Shown one piece after another: positions 1-11,200 of a stretch of 64,000 nt of DNA. A program made the position numbers and the translations under genes. The stretch comes from Epithemia pelagica (lineage: Eukaryota > Protista > Bacillariophyta). The stretch spans positions 1,860,001 to 1,924,000 of the forward strand of contig OX337235.1 in the NCBI GenBank assembly GCA_946965045.2, given 5' to 3'. The first letter of the stretch is position 1, and each line of letters opens with the position of its first letter. The notes under the pieces are model-generated. The model was given only the letters and a program-made list of their open reading frames with translations. It did no database searches and was not told where the DNA came from.

Positions 1-887
1 GCAAGAGCACTTGAACAGTGATCTCAACTCACGTGGCTCGTTGATGTCGTCATATGTCTTGAGCCGTCTTAATTTCCTTTCTGACCAGAATGATGAAAGA
101 TCACGACTGTTGCACCTCGACCACAAACGAAACTTAAAACACAACTCACCAGCCCTCCCAAAGATCAAAAGAATTCAAAACTCAACTATTGTCGTATTTT
201 CTTTTGGGGTTGTAGCGTCTTGATTGTTTCAAGATTCTTGGTGAATGAAAGGACTGGAAATGAAGAAGGCGTCGATTACTGCTCCGCGCCGTATCTCCAA
301 GAAAATTTCGGATCTCTCGCTTTATCCAAACTCGCTTGGAGATTCCATGACACGAAGCTCTGCTGAATCGACTGCATCCCACTTTTCCGAATTGACAAAA
401 GAACCTCATTTCACGAAGCATGCCCGCCGTCCAGCTTTGGCTCAAGATAGCTTTGAAGAAATTCTCCCACAGATCATGACGGAGTTAAACGCTGAAGCCT
501 AAGGGAGGACAGTATGAATCTTGGCATGTTCAGACACACGCTACTTTTGAGATGTTGAAATACATTACCCACTTCGAAGAGAGATTTTGCAAGCGAGTCC
601 AGTGTGTTGCTTATGTTTAGATGTCGAATAGATTTAAAGAGATAAAGCCTTTCCATAGAAGTTTACTTCGTTCTATATACTGCGACTTTGAATCCCTTGT
701 TGTCATCGATCACGCCAACGATGTGGTCTGGTGGAAATCAAGACAAGCACCGGTTCAGTTCAACTTTTCCATTCTTGCATACGTTGTCATACGTTGTCAA
801 TAAAGTCGACTTGTCATGAACGGTCAAATACAGTCGAAATCAATGCTCCTTCGAATTCGAAAGTTTGGCTTCTTCTAACCCCATAAT

Positions 888-1733
888 TTACAACGCAACG
901 ACGAGGGGAGGAATGACACATATACCGACAAGTGTCGTGACTAGCGATCCCACCGCAAGGCCGTATTTTGCATTTTGCATCATCATTCGTCTCCGAATGC
1001 CTTTTGCGCCTCTCCTGAATGAGGTTGCCATTAATGCAAGCTGACTGGTACGTTCTTCCATATCTCGCAGATTGTCCTCTCGCTCCAGGATTGCCGAAAT
1101 GTTGGATTGCATCAAGTCGGACGTTTCTTGGACGCTTTGATTCAAACGTGCTATTCTTCCAAGATATGTCACGTCTTCCATTCTTTGTAAGAGTATGGGT
1201 GCATACTTCTTTTGACAAGCCATGGTTGACCCATATCTCCAATCTTTATCCGACAGGCGAGGCCTCGCGGTCAAAATAATCATCTTTTGAATAAAGCTTT
1301 TAACCTCCGCCTCCATAGTTGTTTGATCTTCCCAAGTGGTGGCTGATGGATTGTACACAGCAGCAAATACCCAAACAACTGGCTCTTTAAATACTTCGTC
1401 TTCAAAGTCCATGTCCCAATCATTGGAGTGGTGCTCGTATACATGAAATTTGACCGCTTTTAGCCTAGGAACCCCATTATCTTTCGTGTATGATGAGGAT
1501 GCCTCTTCCGCCTGCTTTTGCCTTGACCCAAAGATAACAGTACCCCTGGATTTGCACGTGTGGTATTCCCATCCCGGTGTGTTTTTCTTAGCAAGTATGG
1601 CTTTCGCCGCTTGCGTAACAGCGCCATGGAAGTGGTCATCCCCAGCCTCAACAAGGATTGTTTTGTTACGTGATACTGAAGACCATAGAATTTTCTGGTT
1701 CATTGGGTCATTTGTCTCCGGTGTCATTATCAT
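888..1733 (-). CDS. Longin-domain R-SNARE (VAMP7/synaptobrevin-like)
   Basis: 281-aa ORF. N-terminal longin-like region (ILWSSVSRNKTILVEAG), synaptobrevin coiled coil with the central Arg layer (VQETSDLMQSNISAILEREDNLRDMEERTSQL...SFRRGAKGIRRRM) and a C-terminal TM helix. Confidence 0.85.
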   Translation of the reverse strand: MIMTPETNDPMNQKILWSSVSRNKTILVEAGDDHFHGAVTQAAKAILAKKNTPGWEYHTCKSRGTVIFGSRQKQAEEASSSYTKDNGVPRLKAVKFHVYEHHSNDWDMDFEDEVFKEPVVWVFAAVYNPSATTWEDQTTMEAEVKSFIQKMIILTARPRLSDKDWRYGSTMACQKKYAPILLQRMEDVTYLGRIARLNQSVQETSDLMQSNISAILEREDNLRDMEERTSQLALMATSFRRGAKGIRRRMMMQNAKYGLAVGSLVTTLVGICVIPPLVVAL

Positions 1734-2322
1734 CTTATGTGGTTGTTTGTAGTCAAAATTTGTGAGAACAGAAGGGAGAAAAAGGAAAGATGTGGAGAAA
1801 GTAGACTACCAGTCCCGATTTGGGAACTCGGAAGTCGCGCAACGCAGCGCGGCAGAATGGATGGTCCCCACGAGTCCCTCAGTCCCACAACGACCGGACC
1901 CAACAATTCTCATCGCTCTGATCATTCCCGTGTTGAAAAATGGAAGCGAAGATGATAACGCGATGCGCGATAGATAGTTCTCCGGGGGACAAGGTTCGCA
2001 TATTCTAATGCAAGAGTGAAGAGTTAAGACAGAAAACTGCTGTGAAGCCAGGTCTATGAACTGTGTCTTCTCTTCACCTAGTTTGTGACGACTTCGTTGA
2101 GGATACCAACGATTACAAATCAGGCCATGTTCCACCCTCCGACGGCAGCATCGGAAAAAAAATTGTGAACATATTCATGGGAGTAGCTAGGTGACCTTTC
2201 GAGCGGAGGAAATGAACTCAACTCACTAGTTTAGGTCAATAAAAACAATGTTTTGCAATAGGAAAAAGCGAACAGCTGCCATAAGGCTCCAAACTCAAAA
2301 TGCACTCCTTTTGTTCTTATTT

Positions 2323-3216
2323 CTATAGAAGGCCCGATCCGGCGTGTACCAGAACATCCGGTGCGTCACGCTCCGCCTCGGCAATCTTTTTCTGAGCGAT
2401 TTCTTCACGCTTCTTTCGTTCCTTGCGTTTCCCAACAGTTCGAGTGGCCAATGTTGCTCCCGCTCCGCCCACAACAGCACCCACAGGACCCAACGCAATG
2501 AGGCCAACAATTCCACCCGTCACACCAGCGGCGATTGTCGCTCTCTTTCGGCGAACCTTCATTTTTTCAACTTCGGGAGGATAAGTTTTGTGTGGGCCTC
2601 TCACTGCTCCTGCCTTATAGGTCGTCATTGTGGTTGTTGTGGTTTTGGTTGCCATGAGGGTTGCTGGCGCTGATTGCGTCAATGCAGTTGAGGTTGGGCT
2701 TGTCATCTTGGTAAGCGGCTCCGCTGGAACGATGGCAGTGCTGGGCTCTTGGTTGGAGGTAGAGGTGCTAGTGGCAGTCGCAATGGTCCGTGGGGGTCCA
2801 GGGGACTTCTCCACAATGGTAGTTGGGGGTCCAGGGGGATTCTCCATTATGGTGGTCGGCGGTGGCGAGAGCACCATGGATGTTGTTGGGGCACCACCCG
2901 GAGAGGGCCCTAATGATGATTGCACATTATATAATGGGTTAGGTCGTGCTGTTGTCGTTGTCAAAGCTGAGACCACTGTGATATCCCCATCGTCAAGAAG
3001 AACTGGGGCAGGAGCCGGCACAAAGGACGAAGACGCCGTCGGCGAAGCGAAGCTGTATGGGTTCGGTTGAGTCGCCGATGCTGAGGCGCCACTGAATTGT
3101 CGAGGTTGGCTGTTGATGCTGGAGACTGGTTGTTGCATTTCTTTCTTTTGCAGTTGCAGGTCTAATTTTATGTCTGCTGAAGGAGGATGTGAAACTTTTG
3201 CAAAGGATATTTGCAC
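2323..3216 (-). CDS. Hypothetical P/S/T-rich protein with C-terminal glycine-zipper hairpin
   Basis: 297-aa ORF with IAAGVTGGIVGLIALGPVGAVVGGAGATLAT followed by a basic/coiled-coil tail. The 5' end is uncertain: the ORF starts at GTG, and an upstream exon near 3452 is possible. Confidence 0.65.
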   Translation of the reverse strand: MQISFAKVSHPPSADIKLDLQLQKKEMQQPVSSINSQPRQFSGASASATQPNPYSFASPTASSSFVPAPAPVLLDDGDITVVSALTTTTARPNPLYNVQSSLGPSPGGAPTTSMVLSPPPTTIMENPPGPPTTIVEKSPGPPRTIATATSTSTSNQEPSTAIVPAEPLTKMTSPTSTALTQSAPATLMATKTTTTTMTTYKAGAVRGPHKTYPPEVEKMKVRRKRATIAAGVTGGIVGLIALGPVGAVVGGAGATLATRTVGKRKERKKREEIAQKKIAEAERDAPDVLVHAGSGLL

Positions 3217-4001
3217 GATTCTATTCGTTGTTTCGTTTCAACACAACAAAAAATATTGTGGGATTGCTGCAAGTTGAAAAATGCAAGACATCTTTCTCCC
3301 CAAAGTGCTCGTGGTTGTGACTGGTGGCGGTGAACGGTGACTTGTTGTTGCGTGGTGCGTTTTATGTTTGTGTATTGTACCGACGGTGGTGCAGCCGGCG
3401 CTAGTGTGGCGTGAAGTGTACCCCAACCCCCAAACCCGAACCCGAACGGCATAAGATACGAGTCAAATTGATTGTCAAAGTCGGTCGTGCGCGAATGCCA
3501 GATTTGAGATTTGCTTCTCGTTGGTCCCGGTCATTTTCTATGCGTTAGACCCAAAGCAAAACTTCCCCCGAAACTGCCCAAGTGGAAATCTTTTGTCATC
3601 CCACGCAATCAACAATGGGATGGTCGACCTCACCAAGACAGCCGACGCAACCACCCAGACATCAGAATCACTCCGTATCTTACATCCGTATCTAACATCA
3701 ATCGAAATCAATAATGGCCACAGAAGTTCTCCATGGATTCCAGCAGCTACCTCCAGAAAGCTAGCGGCTATGTGCTCTACTGATGGGAGTAGGACTGAGC
3801 AAGCTGTGAGTGTACCTGGGAACATAAACTTTCGTCCCAAAAAAAGCTTTGACTCTGTTGACCCGGAGAATTGTTGTAAGATGATACTAACGTGTACTAA
3901 TGATATTAATTCGGTTATCGTCGAAAAGGCATAATCCTCAATTCTCCTACACCAGGACCTCTTAGGTTAGGGAAAGGGCAGGGTCAACCAACAATCAGAC
4001 A

Positions 4002-6479
4002 TCACGTTGGAGTTAATATAGATTGAGGAGTCTCGGCTGATATATTCAATGTTGAGTTTTCGGGGCAAAGGCGATAGAGAATCGCATGCAGTCGTCTCAT
4101 GCTCAATTGTTGGTCCACTCCTGATTCTGTTTTCAGGTGAAACGATACACTACGTTCGGATATCTGTCCAAGGCGTTCCTTCATTGTAATGTTATGAAAG
4201 GGACTCGCCAATAATTTCCAATTTAGCAGAGGCCGTTTCTTGTGCCATGAAGCATGCCTGTCAACAGAATATGGATGATATCGAGCTTCCATCTTCTCAT
4301 CATTTGTATCCAAGCATTGGAGACCCGTGGTGTAGAAGAAGCACTTGGCTATCAGAATGTCCTCGTCAGAACCTTGCCAATGAGGTCGGCAATCGACCTT
4401 ACTCATCAGTTTCTCGACAAGCAGTCGCAGAGCCACCGTGTTGAGTGTATACCCTGCACCGCCTCCAGAAAAGCGTAGCCTACGTGATATCCCATAAGAT
4501 CCACCCAACATAAGTGGTTGAGATTCATTCCAGGGCCCTTTCCAGTTACCTGTCGAAATCGTATGCCGAAGGTTTTCTGGAATCACGTACATGTCATCTC
4601 CACCAGAATGGAAAAAGTCATAATCATGGATGAAGTGCTTGTTAGCATATTTGTACATGGCAACAACCTTCATCCACATATTGTGGTACGCCTCTGGGCC
4701 TTCATGAAGAATGTTGACCGCACCAATCGATGGATCTGTTTTGTTTGAGGCCGCGACAAAGCCATCACATTTGGGTCCCCAGGTTTCGGCGATTGCCCGT
4801 ACGTGAGAGTGACGATGTTCGTAAGTGTATACCATGCATAGAACTTTTTTGGTTCGAGTCAAAGATGGTTCATCGACACGGATTTTAAGCAGACCTGTAC
4901 CTCCGTCTGGACCTTCATTGCCCTTCCCAAGAGCTATGCTACACACATCATTGGAAATATTCATCTTTGGTGGGTGCCGACGAAGGTAGGTTGGATCCGG
5001 AACATATCCAGGACGACCATGTTCATCCAAAGCACCCATATGTCTGTCCCAGTAAGCGTCACAAATATCATGTATAATCGCATGAATGCGGTGCATTTGA
5101 TGAGCCCCTCTCGGTGTGGATATTTGAAAGAACCAGCTTATTTTGCTCCATGGTCCCGTTGTAGAGGAAACACTAAAACACTGTGTGTTCTTTGGAGGTT
5201 GACACTCCATCTCATTAAAGGACTTGTAGCAGGATGGGATAATCTCCCAAGTTGCTTCCCATTGCCATACCCATGCATTAGTACAACTTCCGTGAAAATT
5301 TTGTGAGAGAGCCATGGCGTGCTTTTGACTAATAAAGTTTTCGTCAAACCATGTTCCCAAGACATTTCATTCTCCTTCTGTTTCCTCGGCTTCGCGTATC
5401 GCCGAGCGTACAAACCCTATGAATGTGTACCGACGTGGTGGAGCCCAATGGATCCAACCATAAGGGCGTGTGACAGTATTTGATAGATAATAAAGAAGAT
5501 CCTGTTTCCATTTGTTGTGACCTTGAGATGTCAAGTCCAGATGGAGAATGAAGGTTGGAATTCCATTATCTATGTTTGGGTAGCTCTCGATCTTCATGTC
5601 ATTGTTGTCGGCTCTGAGAATGAGTGCACCATCGCATTCTTGACCGTATGTCACAAGGGCCGTATGCTCCAGATCAAGTGGGAAGAAGGGGAATATACAA
5701 AGCAGCTCTCTGGATGATGAAGATTCCGTTTCGTTTTTTCTCGACGGAAAATCCAAGGCATGTTGAACTCGACGCAAAAGGTGATAGCGAGTCGTATCGT
5801 TATCCGGATCCCCATAGCTTGGAGCATCTTGGCATGGCGTTGGGTAGTCAAACTCGTCAAATGATTCCACAAAATTTGAGAGCTTCCTGATAGCAGTGGA
5901 TTTCGTATTCGTTGCAGAAAGAACTGCTGTAGTCTGGTTTTGAGATATTCTGTCCCGGACACTCGTAAGCTGCAACGTCAGATGTTTTGTCAAAGAAGTA
6001 GACATAGAACCCATATCAGATGTCAAATTCAACATCGATCTCTCGCTTTCGTGTTGCAGCATTAACCCATAAAACAGGATGATCACTGCGAGGGCACAGA
6101 CCATAGCCTTATGGAGTAAATTGCCTTTATATCCTTTTGATGAGATTTCAATGTGAATGGGTTTGAACATGTTGGTCTTGTGGCTAGTGGGTTTTGGTTG
6201 AATGGTAGAATGGTTCTCGCTCCTTTCCTTGTCGATCCTTGATCTTTGATATGGCTCTCTGAATACAATCTTTCGCTCTTTCAATGAACCATGGGATCTG
6301 TTGATGGTTGGTGCAGATGCTGGAAGTGAATTGTGACTTTCGGTCTTTTCGACAATCATAGATTCATCTTCATCCCTTTTTTTGATATATTTACGAGAAG
6401 CATGGTATGACCGTCGCTCTCCATTTGGCAAATGGCTGTTATCCACTGTTGTAGAATTCGTGAGCACAGTTGACCACAT
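4002..6479 (-). CDS. GT31-family (core-1 beta-1,3-galactosyltransferase-like) type II membrane protein with a degenerate and an intact GT domain
   Basis: ORFs 5367-6479 and 4002-5360 are in the same frame, separated by one TGA (5367-5369). TM AMVCALAVIILFYGLML. C1GALT1-like motifs VLCMVYT, ETWGPKCDG, GGDDMYVIPENLR, FSGGGAGYTL, EDILIAKC. The N-terminal copy is degenerate (LLCIFP, TYGQECDG). Confidence 0.8.
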
Positions 6480-7156
6480 CGTCCACTTTCTCTTACTGGA
6501 AGTGGCAAAATCAGAGGGGCGGCATTGTCATTATCCTTGACTGAATGCGAAGAAGCTATGTCATCGACTACCGGTAGGCAATGTTTGTTTGGAGAGGATA
6601 ACACTGGTTGGTCGTAATCTGACTTCATCACACACCAAAGATCTGAAAAATGTGCCGATTGGCCGTTGCGGCTGCGGCGGAGCAAGAGTTCAACCGGATT
6701 GAGCCCCACCCGGCGCACCGGCAGACTCCTCCCCATAAGTAACCTTAAATATGAAAAATGCACGAGCGAGAGGCACGCATGCTCGTCCATGATGCTTGGA
6801 CAACAATCAAGTATCACTTTTTGACCATCCACGATGGTGATTTTGATGAGGGGCGATGGGTATCTCATATCTCACAGACTAAGACCAATTACGAACTTCA
6901 TGGGTTTGGCCGACCTTGATTAGCTCCAACATAGACCATACGATGCTCTTGCTGGTTTTGGAATGACAGATTCTGTTGCGCAAGTCAATGTTCGAAAACA
7001 GGAGAGCCTGTACCTGGTTGAATTGAGCTCATGCAACGCTGGAAACAATTGTTCAGAGACGCCCCCGACAACAGCACTTTGGTCCCTCATGCGAAATGAC
7101 AGTCAGAAACTACGAATACAGAGTATTGGTGATATTTATGTTTATGTGAACAAGAT

Positions 7157-7450
7157 TGTTGGAAATAATGACGAAGACGAAAAAATGATCCACGAGTCCT
7201 CAGAGCCGCCCGGCGACCAAGCTGGGACAATGACGAGAACTACTTATCGAAGGAGTCACGAACAATCACGCGAGCGAGAAGGTAAGCGCGTTACGTTCGC
7301 TGACGTGGTGAAATACGGAAAACCAAAGACGAGCAAGGCGAAAAAGACGAGAGCTCATTCTTTGGAGATAATCAAGACAGTAAAGTAAAATTACGTTTTA
7401 CATCTACGACGATAGCGACGAAGCTGACGGCATCCTTGCATCGTACAACA
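7157..7450 (+). repeat. 5' LTR of element 1 (294 bp)
   Basis: Direct repeat of 13203-13498, differing by one A/G substitution and a 2-bp GA indel. Confidence 0.97.
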
Positions 7451-7511
7451 TTATCTCCAAAGAAAACGAAATCTTACAAACTGTCTTTTCAAGCGCATCA
7501 ACGCATTTTCC

Positions 7512-8255
7512 ATGTCCAGCCCAAACAAGCAAGAGATCGACGAACTCATCCAAGAACTCGAAGAACTCACAACTCGACAGAGAGAAGTGCTTGCCCGAAT
7601 CAAGAGCATCCGGGAAGTCCCCATCGTTGAAGTGACACGGGTTGCCACTGGGGCAAAGTCCCAGCCCGGAGGGTACGAGACAGGCGACAGTGAAGAAGGC
7701 AGCCAGTCGGAGAAGAAAGCGGCGGCCGCACAGAGAGGAAACAAGTATCAACGGCCATCGCCCACTGCATCCAGTGTGGCCAGTTCAAGCGTTTAAGTCG
7801 TTGGAGTCATTCGTCACCAACAATCTCGAGGACAAGAGTCGGACGGCGATACTACCTTTTATTCGGAGAACGAAGGAGCCGAAAGAGAACCAGTCACATA
7901 CACAACAGCGGAACTCTCAGCATTGAAAAGTGGCTGCACCTTGTGGACCTCAGCGGTTTCAGGGAAGCGGTACATCATCCACAAGAAAAGGAGGGCTTTC
8001 CGAGTGGGAGACATAGTTCGCATCGTCAATCCCGCTTCGCTCCACGTCGGAGAAGCACCAACCATTCGTGACGGCACGGGTGTCGTTGCCCGAGTCACCG
8101 CATACCAAGTAATCGTCCACACGGATAGTGGTCAAGACGTTTGACGAGGCAAGAACAACGTCCGATATCTCTCAGCAGAGAAGGATGAGCAGTTCGGGTG
8201 CGTCCAACCCGTCCAGCCAGGACGGCGCCCCCAGTTCGCCAGGTACTACGCCTGA
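7512..8255 (+). pseudogene. Accessory ORF0 of element 1 (coiled coil plus KOW/SH3-like C-terminus), two in-frame stops
   Basis: ORFs 7512-7796 and 7923-8144 share one frame, with stops only at 7794 (TAA) and 8142 (TGA). C-terminal FRVGDIVRIVNP...GVVARVTAYQVIVHTDSGQDV*RGKNNV. Overlaps the gag ATG at 8185 in another frame. Confidence 0.7.
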
Positions 8256-11200
8256 AGGGCGTGGTGCTGGTGGTCCAGGCCGAGGAGGAAGAGGCCGTGG
8301 ACGAGGAAGAGGGCGTGGTGGACGCGGAGGTCGTGGAGGCAGAGGAGGCCACACGAGTAGTAATGCATTCAAGGGCAACACGGAAGGCATGAACGGCCAC
8401 GTGTTTCAAGTCTTCCATGAATGCAATGACAAGCGACAGTTCACCCGAACACTGGAAGCATTAGAGGAACACTTCGCGAAGACGTTCAAGCATGCGGGCG
8501 ACATGGTGGTTCTTACCCGAGATTTGAAGAATCCGTCCGTTCAAGAGCCAGCCGATCTCCCAGACGAAGAGAAGAGTCGTTTGAAGATTGCAATCTTCGA
8601 GAAACAAGTCGCCGCCTATGTTACTCGATGCGAAATACTCAAGAGTAATTTGCAAGCAGCCTATGCCATAATCTGGGGGCAGTGCAGCGAGGCTATGAAA
8701 GCCAAACTACAAGGACTAGAAAAGTATGACGCCTCCTGGTTAGCTTGCGATTGTGCTTGGTTGCTGACCCAGATCAAAGGGATCAGGCACAAATTTGAAG
8801 AAAAACGATATGGGTATGCGTCTCTGAACGACGCGTACACCAATTTTTACCTCCACCGGCAGCAACCAGATGAAGCTCTCTCGGATTACCTGCATCAATT
8901 CAAGGAAAACATCGATGTCCTTGTACATTATGGAGGCTCAGTTGGAGTAGACAAAGGATCACAGGATCTCATTGTCAAATATTTGGACCCCGACGTCACG
9001 ACAACCTCCGAAACGAAGAAACGCATGAGTCGTGATCGTGCCCTGGCTATCCAGTTCCTGAAGGGAGCGGATAGGAAACGGTTTGGAAATCTTCTTATCA
9101 AATTGGAGAACCAATTCACCCGTGGGACGGATCAGTACCCCGTCAACGTTACGGCAGCATACGGTATGTTGGTGAGTTATCGCGGACCCCGCCAACCACA
9201 AAATCAGCAACAAGGACAATCTTCAACCGGCAGTGGGCTCCAGTTTGCCCAAACAACAACCGCTCCCATCCCTGGCCTCGATGGAATTCTGCATGAAGCC
9301 ATCATCTGTTTCCATTGCCAGGGTCCTGGTCACTATGCAAGCCAGTGTCCGCATCGGGCCGATAACAACGAGGCAGCCACTGGGGTTACCATGCTCCAGA
9401 GCCATGGTCCCGTCCACAACTTCACCTTTCTGCATTTTGATTGTTGTTTCTCGCAATCACGCCATGTTGCTATACCCGATTCTTGGGTTTTGTTGGACAG
9501 CCAGTCCACAGTGTCCGTTTTCCGAAATGCCACCTTGCTCCAAAACATCCGCCCTGCCGCCTCCCCCCTCACGGTCTACACCAATGGCGGTTCCCAAATC
9601 TCTCGTCTTGTTGCGGACATCCCCAATTTTGGCGAAGTATGGTTCAACCCACAATCTCTGGCCAACATCCTATCCCTTGCCGCTGTCCGTCAGCGGTGCC
9701 GTGTCACCATGGACACTGCTGGTGCCTCCGCCATTGCTGTGCACCGGAAGGATGGTTCGGTAATGCTTTTCAAAGAGAGCCCCATGGGTCTCTATTATTT
9801 TGATGTGAACGATCCCACTAACTCTATTAATTCCCCTTCTGCCCCTTATCTTTTTCTCAATAGTGCGACTGGGTATTCACCCCGTGAGGTCGAAGGAGCG
9901 GATCGTGCCCGTACTCTTTACAGGCAACTCGGTCGACCCTCCCAACGCGATTTCCTCGACGCACTGGCAAACAATGTCGTCCAAAACTGTCCCGTCACCC
10001 CCGAAGATGCCAAACGCGCCCTCAAAATTTACGGACCAGACCCCGCCACCATCAAAGGCAAAACCGTAAAGCGACCGACACCCGCTGCACCACAAGTAGT
10101 TCCAACGGACATCCCTACCAAAATCAAGAACAAACACCGACGCGTGAGGATATGCGCAGACAATTTCTACGTCCAAGGCCACATTTTCTGTCACACCATT
10201 TCCAAGCACCTCCATTTCCGCACCGTTGCAGCAATCTCCAATCGACGCAAAGCAACTCTCGAGAAGGAAATTAAGGACGTCATCAACATGTATCATGCCA
10301 GAGGTTTTGAAGTCACGGATTTCCACGCAGATAACGAATTCGCACCAATCCAACAGAGAATTCTCCCCGTCCTATCAAACATCGTTGCCGCTGACGACCA
10401 TGTCGGACAAGTTGAGCGATCCATCAGGACCATTAAGGAGAGGGTCCGAGCCCTAGTACATGGCCTACCGTACCGACGCTACCCGTCCCTACTAGTGCGA
10501 GAAATCGTGGCGCATGCCGTCCGCACTCTCAACCAACTACCAAGCAGAAAGGGCGTGTCCACCACCATGAGCCCACGGAAAATAGTGACTGGCCTACCTG
10601 ACCCGGATTTTAACAACATGCGCATCGAATTCGGCCATTATGCCCAAATATTCGAAGAAAGACGAAGAACAAACACGACAGCCCCGCGAACCATTGGCGC
10701 CATTGCACTCAACCCGACTGGCAACACCCAAGGGAGTTACTACTTCCTATCCTTAGACACGGGTGCTCGCGTCACACGCCAACAGTGGACAGAGCTCCCC
10801 ATTACACAAGCGGTAATCGACCGTGTCGAAGAATTGGCTGAACAGCAAGACCAACCACTCATTGATGGTGAGCTGGTTTTTGAATGGGCCCCGAACATCC
10901 CCATCATTGACGACAACGATGAGGTACCCAACGACAACGATGACCTTTTGAATGACGACGAATCGGACGAAGAACCGGAAGAAGAACCCAACGACGGGAA
11001 CAGCGACCACTCTGATCCCAACGAAAACGATGTCGAGTCAAGCAGTGACGAACCACCAGCATCAGATGAAGATGATGACGACGAGCCACCAATGGTTTCA
11101 ACAACAGACGATGAAGACAACGACGATGATATCGACGACAACGATGATCACGGGGAAATTGAAGAAGAAGAAGGAGCGCGTAGTGAAATGAAGAAGAAGA

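Noticed and set aside
245-502. 85-aa ORF at the window start
   Set aside because: No recognisable motif and an in-frame stop immediately upstream; cannot be supported as a gene without expression data.
5367-5369. Selenocysteine reading of the GT31 TGA
   Set aside because: Not a redox family position and no SECIS recognised; an intron or nonsense allele is simpler.
6963-7388. 141-aa ORF sharing its C-terminus with the RNase H ORF
   Set aside because: Chance read-through from flanking DNA into the 5' LTR of element 1.
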